NCBI GenBank assembly: GCA_950097015.1 | Contig: CATNEN010000038.1 | Span: 2,356,001-2,420,000 of the forward strand | Direction of reading: 5' to 3' | DNA length: 64,000 bases | Source: Macrostomum hystrix | Taxonomy: Eukaryota; Animalia; Platyhelminthes | Shown: positions 34,039 through 46,153 of the stretch, piece by piece | Position numbering within the stretch: position 1 is the first letter of the stretch | How the letters are laid out: the number at the start of each line of letters is the position of its first letter | Notes under the pieces: generated by a model | What the model was told of the DNA's origin: nothing | What the model saw: only the letters and a program-made list of their open reading frames with translations | The model's database searches: none | Position numbers and translations under genes: made by a program

Positions 34039-34149
34039 GCAAAATTGCCTACTTGATACGAGTATCTCGTATATATGCGATAATAGCTCGTACTTGGCGT
34101 CAAAACAAAGTTATCGTACAAAATACTCGTATCAAGTAGGCAATTTTGC
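34039..34149. repeat. 111-bp hairpin with perfect 27-bp arms (MITE-like)
   Basis: GCAAAATTGCCTACTTGATACGAGTAT (34039-34065) is the exact reverse complement of 34123-34149. Confidence 0.9.
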
Positions 34150-34810
34150 TCAGAGAAATAACGATTGCGCGCGAATTTAAATTGAGTTGTACGTAAAATA
34201 ATTAAAATGTCGAAATTTCAAAAAAGAATTTCGGCTTTAAAAAAACTTTTGAACATCTGAAAGACATTCAGAAGTCAAAAGACAATTCCAACTTTGAATA
34301 GAGCCACAATTTTCCTCATTTTCTCAATGCCGGTATTGAGCTTTTATTTTACGGGATCTGAAAATTAATTTTACGCCCTGTCCGAAGTTTCATAGCTATA
34401 TTGTTTTACAAACTTCACCCACGCGAAGCAATGCATTTTCAGTGGGTAAAATCGGATCGACACGCGCATTTACCTGAAGATTCCACAGCATTACTGGGCA
34501 TTGGCGGCCAGGTTTTTTATTGAAAATGAAAAATCGATGCGCTGTCCCGGCGGGCATTCGAACTTAATCTTCATATTTGCCGGTGCCATTTTCGGAGGCT
34601 GGGGCGGGGGCTGGGCATCAGGCGGCTCGTCCGGCTGCTGAGGTTCCGCCTTCAAAGTAGTTGCCATGTGATGATGGGTTTCAATTTCAAAGCAATGAAG
34701 AGCGCTTCTTCCTAAAGTACACGTACGCGAATCATTGCTGTTTCTTATCTGATGATAAGGACGTGCTTGCTGTGAAATAGTGGCATATGCTTACATTTGA
34801 ATATCATTCT

Positions 34811-35602
34811 TTAGAAACTCACCTCAGGTTGAAGAACTGGAGGCTGAGGTGGCGGCGGCGCTGGGGGTGGCGGTGGAGGCTCCTGATTCTGGTCCGGCTG
34901 CACTGGCTCCTCAGGGGATGGTAGTGGTGGCGGCAGCGGTGCAGGTGGCTGTTGATTTTCAGGTAGGAGAAAATTTGCCACGGCCAACGGTGCAGGTCCC
35001 TCCGCCTGGGGCGCTTGGTTGCCAACCACCGATGGATGCTGCGGGCCGGCAGGTACGCGTAGTTCAAAACGGTTCCGCCGCTTCCCCCGCAGGCAGTCGA
35101 GAAGCTTTGGATTAACGATGACCGGGACCCTGCGGCAGCGCGAGCTGTTCAGCACTCGGGTCCGTCTCTGGCTCAGATCCTTCAGTGATCGGATTCCTAT
35201 GCGCTGCAGAATATGCCTCTGCTCAGCCTTCGAAGCCAAGATGCTGCTCAGCCAGTTAATTAGACGGGTCTTTTTGCTGATAGCCTTCTGTGTGTCCGTA
35301 GATTTATTGTCAATAATTGAACGACGGCATGTAGTCAGTGAATAGTGCAGAGACTGTAGCAGCTTAATGCCATTGTTAGTGTTTAATAATGGTCTGGAGA
35401 ACAACTGACTCAGAATGCTGCAGGAGGGCGTCGTCCGAACGACGGAGTTAAACTGAGGCAAATTAGTTTTATTAACTAGCCACATATAAAGCAGCGCCAC
35501 AAAAGCCAGGAGTACTAGAAGCTTGGCGTCAAATATGCACATAAATTCCATGCTGATATTGCTGCACTCGCTAGAGTTCACGTGCAGCGATATGGTCACC
35601 AT
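34811..35602 (-). CDS. Hypothetical single-pass membrane protein with Pro-rich tail
   Basis: 263-aa ORF with TM-like LLVLLAFVALLYMWL, a basic middle and polyPro. A donor GAG/GTGAGT near 34822 suggests a further exon around 34490-34710. Confidence 0.5.
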   Translation of the reverse strand: MVTISLHVNSSECSNISMEFMCIFDAKLLVLLAFVALLYMWLVNKTNLPQFNSVVRTTPSCSILSQLFSRPLLNTNNGIKLLQSLHYSLTTCRRSIIDNKSTDTQKAISKKTRLINWLSSILASKAEQRHILQRIGIRSLKDLSQRRTRVLNSSRCRRVPVIVNPKLLDCLRGKRRNRFELRVPAGPQHPSVVGNQAPQAEGPAPLAVANFLLPENQQPPAPLPPPLPSPEEPVQPDQNQEPPPPPPAPPPPQPPVLQPEVSF

Positions 35603-36246
35603 AACCAGCTGGTGTGCCTTCTTGACTCAGTTTGATGGATTTGATGACATCTTCAATAGAGTAGTTTCTTCTAGCATTCACGCATTCATCGAGAAATTAG
35701 ATGATAATGAACTCTTCGGTCAACAAGTGTGAATTGTAATTAAAATCTGCCTGTTCATTAGCAGCATTAAAGGGCGCTTTGCGTGTCAATTGGACATGGT
35801 CCTTTTTCGTTCCTTGTTAAAGGGTCAGAAATTTTGTACAGCATAGCAATTATTGCACATTGACAGCTCCTAAAAGCAATGTACACACCTGAGCCTGACT
35901 GCTATTTTTAACTACACGTTCGTAATGACTATCATTCTCAATGTACTTCACCCTGTTCATATTTGGGAGTTTGCTTTCCTAAAAGAACTCTCCTGCACTT
36001 TCAAGTCCACCGCATAGGTACCACTTTCAAAATTGAATATTAGCACATATAAAAAGTTTCATATACTGCTTATAATTGCTCGTATGTGCATTTAGTCATA
36101 CGAAGAATTCAAAGATTTAATATATTTGACATAAAACAATACAATAGAATGAGATACAATGTTTCCAAGTGTTAGTGAATTCACAAATACAGATGAATGT
36201 AACAATTGCAATAAGGTATGTTCATCTGTATTATACTCGAATGTAA

Positions 36247-37866
36247 TTAACTACCAAGGCAATAATTGTCTAAAGCATAATCGCCAACGCAGAGCGAATG
36301 CTTAATCACATGGGCGATGTAGGACTGCTCATGAGTGGTGTGAAACAGGTGAGCTCCTGGCCCCCTGGCATAGATTGGCACGTCTTCAGCTCCGTGCGAC
36401 TCGGAGTCGGACTTGACCAACGACTGGATCAAGTACGATGGGTTTTCCGTGTCGACATTCGTGATGTTGGCGCGGGGGCTGTTGCCAGCGGCTGAGGGCC
36501 CATCTCCGTAGTACAGAGGCGTGTACGGCAGGTCGTCCTCTGCCAGGGCTTCTCCTTTGCTATTGTATCTGTTGGCTTTGGAGTACGCGACCTTGCTGAA
36601 TAAGGGCTGGCCTCTGCGGCCGTAGCCTCCGATGGAGAACACGTGACTATGATCCGCTGTCACAACAGTCAGAGTCTCGTTCATCAGGGTCATTTCGCCT
36701 GCAGTCTTGATGGCCTTCTCGAATGCAACCAAATCGTACATAGACTTCTGAGCCAGGTTGTCATGGTGACCGTGATCGATTCGCCCGCCCTCAACAAGAA
36801 GCGCGAATCCCTTGGGATTCTGCCTCAGGATGTCGATGGCCTTCCTTGTCATTTCTTCAATGGTGGGTTCCTTGAGATTCTTCCGGTTGTCCAAGTCGAA
36901 CTGAAGATGCTTTGTAGCAAAGAGCCCAAGATATCTTGAATTGGGGTCAAAAGTGGCCTTTTGCAGATCCTCCCGACTTTCCATGTAGACCGGTCTACGT
37001 CCTAGTGCAGTCTGCTGTTGCTTCCATCGGTCTAGCAAGTTCACTGAGTCGCTCCGGCTGCCCTTGACAAGTTTGCCAGTAATCGCATCCAGTGTACGGA
37101 CGCTACTGGGAAGGAACTTCAGGCGACCGCCGCCAAAGATCACGGTGTAGTTGATCGCGTTGTTGACCAACTGTTCAGCAATGTCTGGGCACATCCACCT
37201 GACAGAGGCGTCTTTGACGTCATCGTTTCTAGCCGTGTCGTCTTCCCAATCTCGCGAGGCCGTATGCGAGTAGGCCGCGCCTGGAGTAGCGTGAGTGATC
37301 CTCGTTGTCGTGACGATACCGACCGACTTTCCCAGCTTCTGCGCCTCGTCCAGAAATGACCACACATAGTGCTCCCGAAGCTGCGAAGTGCAGTTGCTGG
37401 TTGTCACGAGCTCGTTCAAGCCCATCGTCCCTGACTTGGCCTTCACTCCGCACAGGAAGGCGGTGGCAGTTCCGGCGCTGTCCGGTGTCTGCATGTCCGT
37501 GTTGTACGTCTTTGACAGGCCGGTGTGGGGGTACCGCTCGAACTCCAGGATTGCCTCCTCGCCACTCTTGCCGTTGAGCTGACCCTTGAGAATGCGACCA
37601 GCGGTGACTGACGTTATGCCCATGCCGTCTCCGAGGAAGAGGATGGCATTCTTTGCACGATTTTCCTTAGTCTGTCGTAGCACATCGTAGGCCGTCCTGA
37701 GATCCTCTCTAGCCTTCGCAGTCCAGTGCTTGGGATCGGAACGTTGTGCCGACGGCTTCATAGGCTCCTTCAGGTTATTTTTGCTCACTCGATGTGGCAA
37801 GCCGAAGCTGATATGGCAGCTAACCAGAATGCAGGCTGACAGAATAAGAAGTGTTTTGTGCCTCAT
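36247..37866 (-). CDS. ALP: Alkaline phosphatase, intronless, secreted-type (no hydrophobic tail)
   Basis: Signal peptide MRHKTLLILSACILV and intact motifs LFLGDGMG, PDSAGTAT (catalytic Ser), EGGRIDHGHH, VTADHSH and SHGAEDV. Ends at NYCLGS. Confidence 0.96.
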   Translation of the reverse strand: MRHKTLLILSACILVSCHISFGLPHRVSKNNLKEPMKPSAQRSDPKHWTAKAREDLRTAYDVLRQTKENRAKNAILFLGDGMGITSVTAGRILKGQLNGKSGEEAILEFERYPHTGLSKTYNTDMQTPDSAGTATAFLCGVKAKSGTMGLNELVTTSNCTSQLREHYVWSFLDEAQKLGKSVGIVTTTRITHATPGAAYSHTASRDWEDDTARNDDVKDASVRWMCPDIAEQLVNNAINYTVIFGGGRLKFLPSSVRTLDAITGKLVKGSRSDSVNLLDRWKQQQTALGRRPVYMESREDLQKATFDPNSRYLGLFATKHLQFDLDNRKNLKEPTIEEMTRKAIDILRQNPKGFALLVEGGRIDHGHHDNLAQKSMYDLVAFEKAIKTAGEMTLMNETLTVVTADHSHVFSIGGYGRRGQPLFSKVAYSKANRYNSKGEALAEDDLPYTPLYYGDGPSAAGNSPRANITNVDTENPSYLIQSLVKSDSESHGAEDVPIYARGPGAHLFHTTHEQSYIAHVIKHSLCVGDYALDNYCLGS

Positions 37867-38681
37867 TTTTTCAAGAACTAAAAACACAGCTCTCTAGATG
37901 CTTTAGAGCAAAATGGTTTTGCAGCAATGTCGTTGCTTTAAAAATGATTCAGGATGGTGCTGCTTATATAAACGTTTTCCCCGTTTGGCACTTTGTCCGA
38001 GGTCAGGAGAAATCAGCCAGTCATGCTGTGGCCGCCTGAGCGAGCCTGCTTGTTCGGCCCGTCACTTGCTCCCATTGATTGCCCGGTTTTTTTTGCGAAA
38101 TCAAACTGGTTCTCAACACCTGTGCAGCCATAAGTGACGAGTTGGTTTCATATCTAGCTAGCCTTCACTGGTGGAGGCGTGTAACTTTGAACTGGAAAGG
38201 CGACGGAATCTTGCCGAGTGGTCAGCGTAGGACGAACAGAGATAGCCAAGATAGCTGCTTAGTGCGGAATTTCGAGTAGTACATTGAAGGTCAGAGTGGG
38301 GCTTCAAAATTACTCGTTCTTGGAGTGGGCTGAACTCTTACTAAATTTAGCACCAACTTGAGTCCAGGTTGCAGCATTAATTGAGATTACACTCTAGTTT
38401 TTTCTTTTAACTAATTTTTTCTGAATTCGATTTGCTTTTATTGTCTAATGATTGCGCCGTTCAATAATGATGGATTGACTCTCAGATATCGTGTGGATAT
38501 TCTGTGCTGGGTCGTATTGTTAACGTCTTTGGCACGGGCACTATGGCTACGGGCACTATGTCTAAGACGTTAACAACACAAGCAACTGAGTGTTTGATGC
38601 ATTGTAGGACGCGGAAAAGTTGTCCGCTTGGCCATAGACATTGTTTGTAGATCTTTTGCAAGACAACAACTTCTAGCAGCA

Positions 38682-38996
38682 GGGGGTCAGTGGGAGAGGA
38701 GCGGCTAACGCGTTTGCCTGTTGCACCAAGGTCTCTGAGCTAGATTCCGCGGCGAGTCCATATCTATTTGGTGCGCAGCCGCGAAGAGAAGGCTTGGGGG
38801 CTTAATTTCCGTGCAATTTATGACCTTGAAGGCCAACCTCCAAGGCACATTCAAGTGTTCACTCCTATGTGAGCCTGTGCCTGCGTACAGTATCTGTGTG
38901 CGTGTGTATTCGGGAGTCAGCGAAATGGTTGCCTCCTCGATGGCTCTAGTGTCGCCAAATGATGTGGAGTGCCATTGCCCGCAGCCCGACTGCAAT
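38682..38996 (+). mobile_element. SINE family A, long copy
   Basis: tRNA-like head, then a body co-linear with 17962-18283 (GGCCAACCTCCAAGGCACA, GTGCCTGCGTAC, TTGCCCGCAGCCC). Confidence 0.7.
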
Positions 38997-40963
38997 TAAT
39001 ATTATTAAGACTTATAGTTTTGCTTTCTACCATAGACTTCGCACAACTAATCTTTATTTGTGTGCCACAGATCCGATATTCACAAATTGGACCTGTTGGT
39101 GTGTGCCAGCTTTTTTGTCTATGGCTATGATGGTAAAAATTCTTGCCATTGTCTCTGGGTTAATTGAGAGTCTAGAAAAACTTTCGAATGACATCGAATC
39201 TTTGCTTAGCATTTTCTGTAAACACGGATAGCTGAGTTGGTTTATTCAGAACTGAATATACGCTCGTAATTAGCTGATCAGAAAGACTTAAGAAGTGGCT
39301 CTGGAAAGCAGCTTTTCCAAACTCGTGGTCATAGAAAATGTCCCTTATATTGAAGCGTTAAAATTTGCTTCGACCTAAAATTTGCAAGTATATTTGCAGC
39401 TTTAAGACTGTCACGACTTTTACCTCATTCTGTCCCTTCCCTTTTGTTTGCTATTGACCGCATCTGCACTTTACACCGACGTTATTTACTTACCCTTTCC
39501 CTGCTCGGTGATTGGTCATTCTATTATTGCTTTTCTCTCTCGTATCCAATCCTGTTTTGCGCCCCTCATTTTTATCTATTACTGTCTCGCTCGTCCTCAC
39601 TTCTCTTGCCCTCCAACCCTTTCTTATCTCCTGTTACTTTAATATTTTCGACGTTACAAGTTTCAACCCAAAAGACGGTCTCCTACTGCGAAGACTCAAT
39701 TTTGTGCATGAGTGACAAAAAATATATCTTCAAAGAATTCAAATTCCAATAATTTCGTTAGATGTAAACTGGATTTCTGTGATTTAGTTGGCTTTACTCA
39801 ATCCTTCGACAAACTTCAATAGGCAAAAATTCCTCAACTAAAGTGCGATGCCAAGTTGGCCAACCAGAGTGCAACTCAACTCCTAGTTAAGCAACTAGGC
39901 TGTTTTATATCATCACTTGTCGTCTGGATCATGTTAATTCTGGTTCGTTTTTTTCCTAACTGGCTAAAAAGCACTGGAGAGCTGTTAAATTTTTTATTTC
40001 ATCACGTTAAGAAGCCCCGTTGCTGGTCTTCAATTCGAGTTCATTTTTAGCCTTTTCTGAGACAGAACTGATGAAACTTGTCCAACACGCATAAAGCATC
40101 CGTATATTCATCTTTAAGAAAGCAATAAAATAATGGAACTGGCTCGTAAGTAGTAGGAGTTAGCAGAACCCTGCCGACACTGCGGAGATAGGAGGCTATC
40201 TCGCCAGTGTATTTTGGAGTGTGGAGGGGCGCCGAAAATCTCAGAACAGAGGAGGAATGGGATAGGAGGAAAGCATTGGGGTGGGGTGGGGTGTGTCGTC
40301 CAATCCGAGACTGGAGGGTGGGGAGGCATGGGGTGGGTGGGTGCCTGTGTACACAGTGCAGGGATAGACTGATGGGATGCCGTACTATCTGCTATAGCAG
40401 AACCCTGCCGACACTGTGGAGATAGGAGGCACGGGAATACAAAGATGGGATGCCTGGCAAATCTGTATGCGTTTTGTTTTCGCTAGTTTGCCACACTTTC
40501 CATTGCTCTGCCTATAGGCGCTGCCTATACCACAGCAGAGGACACAGCCGACACTGTGGAGATAGGAGGCATGGGAATACACAGATGGGGGTGTCGGCCT
40601 ATCTGTTTGCAGAACCCTGCCGACGCCGCCGCGCGGTATTTTTCAAATGAAAAAATTTATGACTTCGAATTCACAGTTTGTGAACTCAAAAACTGTTTAG
40701 TGTAATGGTTGTTTGTGATTCAGGGTCGGGACGATTTGATTTTATGAGTTCGATTCCGTTTGGTTACCAAGGGGCGGCTTAGCGGCGATCTTGAAACAGG
40801 AATTGAATGTTGGTTTTTTTTGCTGATTTAATTTTTTTATGAATGGGGAGGGGTGTAAGGGGTGAGGGGGTATGGGGGTTGGATTATGGATATAAATAAA
40901 GACTTGAAATTCATAATTTGAATGCAAATATTCACCTGGTGAGCACAAGCACTGTCTAGAAAA

Positions 40964-42016
40964 ATGTTGAAATCGCCAATAGTTAAAAGTTGTCACAAAG
41001 ACCTCTATGAGGTGTGCTTGACCTGCGAAGCATGCACAATTGGGGGTGTCTCCCCGCGACACCATAGCAACAACACCTGCCAAGTAACTCGCTGGCTTGC
41101 CTGCAGCCAGTGCGGCATCGTGGAGCAGGTGAAGGCCAAGCAGGTGCCTGCCAAACACAAGGAGCATAAAATTGTGCCTTCGACGGAGAATGAAAAGGAG
41201 GCCCAGCGCTGGAAAATCATCAGGGCTGCGAAGCAGCTACAAGAGAAACAGCGGCGCGACCAGCAAAAACAGCGGGCTGAGAATGAGCGGCCAACTGCAC
41301 GTTCTGGTGTGTTCACCCAGGTATTCGAGGACGTAATCAATAGACGGCCAGAACCTGATGAGGAAGAAGCTGGCAGCGACAATGACTTCCTGATGCCCAG
41401 CAGCCTCACTCGCAAAGGCGCGGCTGCGAACAAGCGCACTGCTGCTGATGCTGCACCGCAACATGGAGGAAAGCGCCTGCGGCATGACTCTACCCAGTCT
41501 GCACTGCAGAGCATTGAGGCTGATGTGATCGGTCCTACAGCTTCTGTGACGGACGCCACTGTTGCTGCTGCAGCCATTCGGAGGCCGCAAGTTCGAGGCA
41601 AAATGCTGCGAAGAGACGATGGGCCGAATCTGCAGGCTGAGTGTGAAAGAGCGGAAGGACCATCGGCGCCGTCGCTGATGCTCGTGCCACCAGCTGTTCA
41701 GGTCAATGAGCAAGGAGAAGCCCTGCAGGCTGGTGCCGACGACAACATGGCTACTTCTGCTGCACTGGAGATTTTCGAGGCTGATCAGCTGTTCGGCACT
41801 GTCAACCTGCTTGAGGGAGAGATTCGAAACTTTCTCTTCCTTGAGGCGCCAGAAGCGGGGCGTGAAGCTCGGAGACTCCATGATGCAGCAACTCAAACAG
41901 AAAGTGAGTTATGTACCGCATCGTTTGTGTGCCTGCCGAGTATTGTTAACGCGCCATTTACAGTGGAACGCTTAGGTTTGGACAAAATTATTGTTAGACC
42001 CTTTTTTGAAAGTTGA
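40964..42016 (+). CDS. Polinton accessory protein with N-terminal Cys/His cluster
   Basis: 350-aa ATG ORF after a TATAAA at ~40892. It has CLTCEAC..HHSNNTC..CSQC, a coiled-coil-like K/Q/R stretch and KR..GKRLR (NLS-like). Confidence 0.7.
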   Translation: MLKSPIVKSCHKDLYEVCLTCEACTIGGVSPRHHSNNTCQVTRWLACSQCGIVEQVKAKQVPAKHKEHKIVPSTENEKEAQRWKIIRAAKQLQEKQRRDQQKQRAENERPTARSGVFTQVFEDVINRRPEPDEEEAGSDNDFLMPSSLTRKGAAANKRTAADAAPQHGGKRLRHDSTQSALQSIEADVIGPTASVTDATVAAAAIRRPQVRGKMLRRDDGPNLQAECERAEGPSAPSLMLVPPAVQVNEQGEALQAGADDNMATSAALEIFEADQLFGTVNLLEGEIRNFLFLEAPEAGREARRLHDAATQTESELCTASFVCLPSIVNAPFTVERLGLDKIIVRPFFES

Positions 42017-42402
42017 AACTATTTGCATCGCTGAGTGTAATTACGAGTGCAATAAGGAGCCACTGCGGATGCTCTATCAGCAACAAGTAGCTGTCAAGTG
42101 TCAGGATTTAAAAAAATTGCTACACGACTCCCTTCCTTGTTATAAAGCGTGTATAAATGAGTTATATGTTATATCGTGTAAAATTGAGCAGAAGAGCTAT
42201 TTTAGCAGAAGAGCGGACAGCAAGGAGATAGCCAGTAAGCTTAGCAAAAAGCAATTGTAAGGCCTGTTTCTGCAGTAATGATTTTTCCTTCGAGTTGTAA
42301 TCATAATTATGTAATCATAATTAATATTTGGATGCTATTGTACATGAGTGTAATAACTGCTCAATTTTTCCCTCGTCAACATTTTACTTTGCTCCATGCA
42401 GC

Positions 42403-42404
<2 letters not shown>

Positions 42405-42447
<43 letters not shown>
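42405..42447. repeat. (CA)n microsatellite
   Basis: About 21 CA units. Confidence 0.97.
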
Positions 42448-42448
<1 letters not shown>

Positions 42449-43203
42449 GCACACAAACATAGTGTCATAGGACGTGTTTTTTTCCGCAAGCAAAAGCTTT
42501 TCATTTTTAAATTTTTCCTTTTATTTCATTTTTTTTCTGTTTGTCACGTGCTGCAATATTTTTCATAATCGCTTTTGTCATTGCTATGTGCAGCGAGACA
42601 CTAAAAGCATCGTACAGCTGTCAAACCTAGTGTCCTTATTTTCCACGCTCGATGCGTTCTCAAAGCACTTTACCGCCGAGCAATTAAAGTTTGTTTATCT
42701 GTTTGACACGTTATTGATAATGATCATTACCACTGCCTGCCCCATGCGAGGAAATGCAACTGCCAAATATATTTTAAACTTTCAACTAATCCTTTCTTTG
42801 TGCTTTAACACGTAATCATCTCTTATAGTAATCAAGTAGCAAAAAGCGCGCTTTTTTCCCTACAACTTTTTTTTCCATTGTGCTTGCTCTGTTCTCATTA
42901 AACTATTTAGTCTAAACTGATACCTTAAACCTGTGCTTTATGGATCCATGTCACTCAAATATACATCGCACAGTTTGAATGTTAACGTTCTTATCACCTT
43001 TTTCCAATCAATTGTCTTACTTCAAAATTTCTGTTGCCCACATCATAGTGAATGCTGCTAGGAAACTAGGTGATCTTTGGAATTCAGGAGAAAAAAAAAC
43101 ATTGCAGTATAGCAGCCTCTATGATACAAGAAAAATAAATAAATAAATAAGTAAATAATTTTTTATACGCTTCTCCAATTTGCATTTGGGGCTCAAGTTT
43201 CAG

Positions 43204-46119
43204 CCCAGCTATCTCCCCGATTCCGTTGACACGGAAGAGCATTCCTGGCTAGAGACTGAACATTCGTGTACAGAGCAAGTTGAGCACTCTTGGCAAGATC
43301 ATAGCAACTCTTGGCTGGAGCCAGAGCATTCCTGGCTGGAAACTGAACAAGTTGAGCACTCTTGGCAAGATCATGGCAACTCTTGGCTGGAGCCAGAGCA
43401 TTCCTGGCTGGAAACTGAACAAGTTGAGCACTCTTGGCAAGATCATGGCAACCCGTGGAGGGAGGAAGTGCATTCCTGGACAGAGCAACCAAATCACGAA
43501 TCGGCCGATGCAGATGGAGCAGCCGACGACCTCTCCAGCAACCGTTCCGATCATGCGCAGGACAGCACAGCAACTCCAGGTAGGTTATGAAAGAAGGGCA
43601 CAATCGCGAAAATGAAAAAAAATAAATAAAAATAAATACGACAAAAGAAAATTTAAATAGTGAACTTACTCAAAAACTGCAGTTGCAATTGCTTTTGAGG
43701 TTGCAATTTTGGTTTTTAAAAAAAAGAAAATCTGTTACTCAGCGCTTTTTTTGGTAAAAATATGAATTCGTGGGAAATACCACTTCTGTAGTAAATCAGA
43801 TTTGTAAAAAAAAATTGTTTTTCCCCCTCATTTAGATTGCATCGCGGCTCTTCCTCTAGCTACTGCACACAACGGGACTCTGCTCGTCTACAGATTTAAC
43901 CCCTCGCTTCTGGAGACGCGCGTGAATGCCTTCGACATGGTGAGACAGTGCCAGGACGTGGTTGAGGGAGTGGCTGCGGAACAGCTCGCTGACATCGGAC
44001 ACGGTGGCATTGTGCGGGCTCAGCTGCGCCTCAACATCCACATGAGGCGAATGAAAGCCGGTGAGCTCGTGGCTGAGGAGGACAAATGGATTAGCAACTG
44101 CCTCGAAGAGCTTGATGACTTCATGGAGTGGTGGAATCGACAGATTCAGGCTTGTGAGCGGACAAGCGATTTCATGAATACCAATGGTAGTGGGTGGGTT
44201 GTCGATCATGTAAACTTCTTTGATTTCTGCATCGCTCGCGGAGATCGGCTGCGCTACTACATCGGCAGAAGCAAGCACTTTGTCCTGCCTGAGTCATTGC
44301 GGGAAAAGAAGGCGGTAATAAATCCACCGAGTGACGGCAATAACTGCTTCTTGTATGCCTGCCTTGCCGTTCTGCACCACGGATGCGAGAGTCTGCGAAA
44401 GTCGCCGCAGTCACTATCCACATACCGACCGTGGCTGAGCGAACTCAACCTGACTGGAGTGTCGCTGCCTGTGAGTCTGCACAGTCTGGACATCGTCGAG
44501 AAGCAGAACCCGACGATCTGCTTCACCGTGCTCACATGGCGAGGAAGAGATGCTGAGGTGCTCAGGCAGCCGAAGGCAGTTGTTGCAGCAGGCCGACGTG
44601 TGATTCCCTTGCTGCTGTTCATGACGGCCATGGAAAGTGGCGGCCATTGGTGTGGAGTGGTGAGTCTGAACCGGCTGCTCAATAGGAAGGATGGGCTTCA
44701 TCAGCGCAAGTGGTGCGAGCGCTGCCTGTCTGCCTACCGCACAGAGGAACGCCTGCAACAGCACCGTCAAAACTGCTACCAGTCGGATGAGTTCCTCATT
44801 CGCGAAGTGATGCCCGAGGCCGGCAAGAATCTGCTCACCTTCAAGGACTGGCAGAAGACAATCTCACCGCCATTTGTTGTGTACGCCGACTTCGAGGCCT
44901 TCAATGCCCCGTGCGGAGAGAGCACATCAGTGCAACCTAGCGCCGGCAAGGTGCACATCACAGAGCATCTGCCGGCAGCAGCAGGCTACCTGGTGTTGCA
45001 GACTGCAGCCGCAGTCGGTCCTCAGCTGAGAACAGCCAGTGATAGTGTGCAGCTCTTCAAACATGAGAGCAGTGAGCACTGCACTGAGCTGTTCTTGACC
45101 TCTCTGGACAGTTTGGCGAGGGAGATCCACGTGTGGAACCGAGCTCACAGTTACCAGAAGAGGATCATCGACCCTGAAGGCAGCAAGGAGTTCGTGAATG
45201 CCAAGGAGTGCCACTACTGCGGCAAGTCACTGTCTGAGCAGACTGGCAAACACTGGGACCACGATCACCTGACTGGCGAGTTTAAGGGTGCATCCTGTGC
45301 CGACTGCAACATGCAGGCCCAGCTAAAGCGTCGCTTCTTGCCTGTTTTCTTCCACAACCTTGCTGGGTACGACATGCACCTTCTGTTCTCAACCGCGCTG
45401 TCCAGAATGACTGGCTGGAAGTTAAGCGTCGTCCCCCAGACAATGGAGCGCTACCTGTCACTGAAGGCCGACTTCCAGGTGGATGAGTTCGAGGCTGGTG
45501 GACAACTGCGGCCAGTGATGTTCAGCATCCAGTTTCTGGACTCGCTTCAGTTTCTGAGCTGCAGCCTCGAGAGCCTGATGACCAATATGGACAGGAACAG
45601 CTGCACTGTGACCATGCAGATGCAGGGTAAGTATCCTCGGGCTTCTCGCGACATCCTGCTTTCCAAGGGAGTCTTTCCCTACGACTTTGTGAAGAGCGCT
45701 GCCGATCTGTTGGTCAACAGCATTCCAAGTCAGCAGAGCTTCTTCAACGAACTGACAAAGTCGCCGTGCACAGATTCGGACTACAGTCGCGCCCAACGAG
45801 CTTGGAGAGAGTTCGAATCCAAAAATCTCGGTGACTACATGATGGCCTACCTTGAACTCGACATCCGACAGCTTGCCGACATATTCGAGTCCTTCAGGCA
45901 GCTGAGTATCAAAGATGATGGACTGGATCCAGTCCATTTCATCTCGACACCTGGACTCTCCTTCAGCTCAGCTCTGAAGTCTACTGGAGCCACTTTGGAG
46001 CTGCTCACTGACAACACCATGTACCGAATGTTTGAGCAAGGCATTCGTGGCGGTATGACATTCGTCAATGTTCATTGTGCCGAAGCGCGCTCCGCTCATC
46101 CAGCCAATCCAGCCACTGT

Positions 46120-46153
<34 letters not shown>

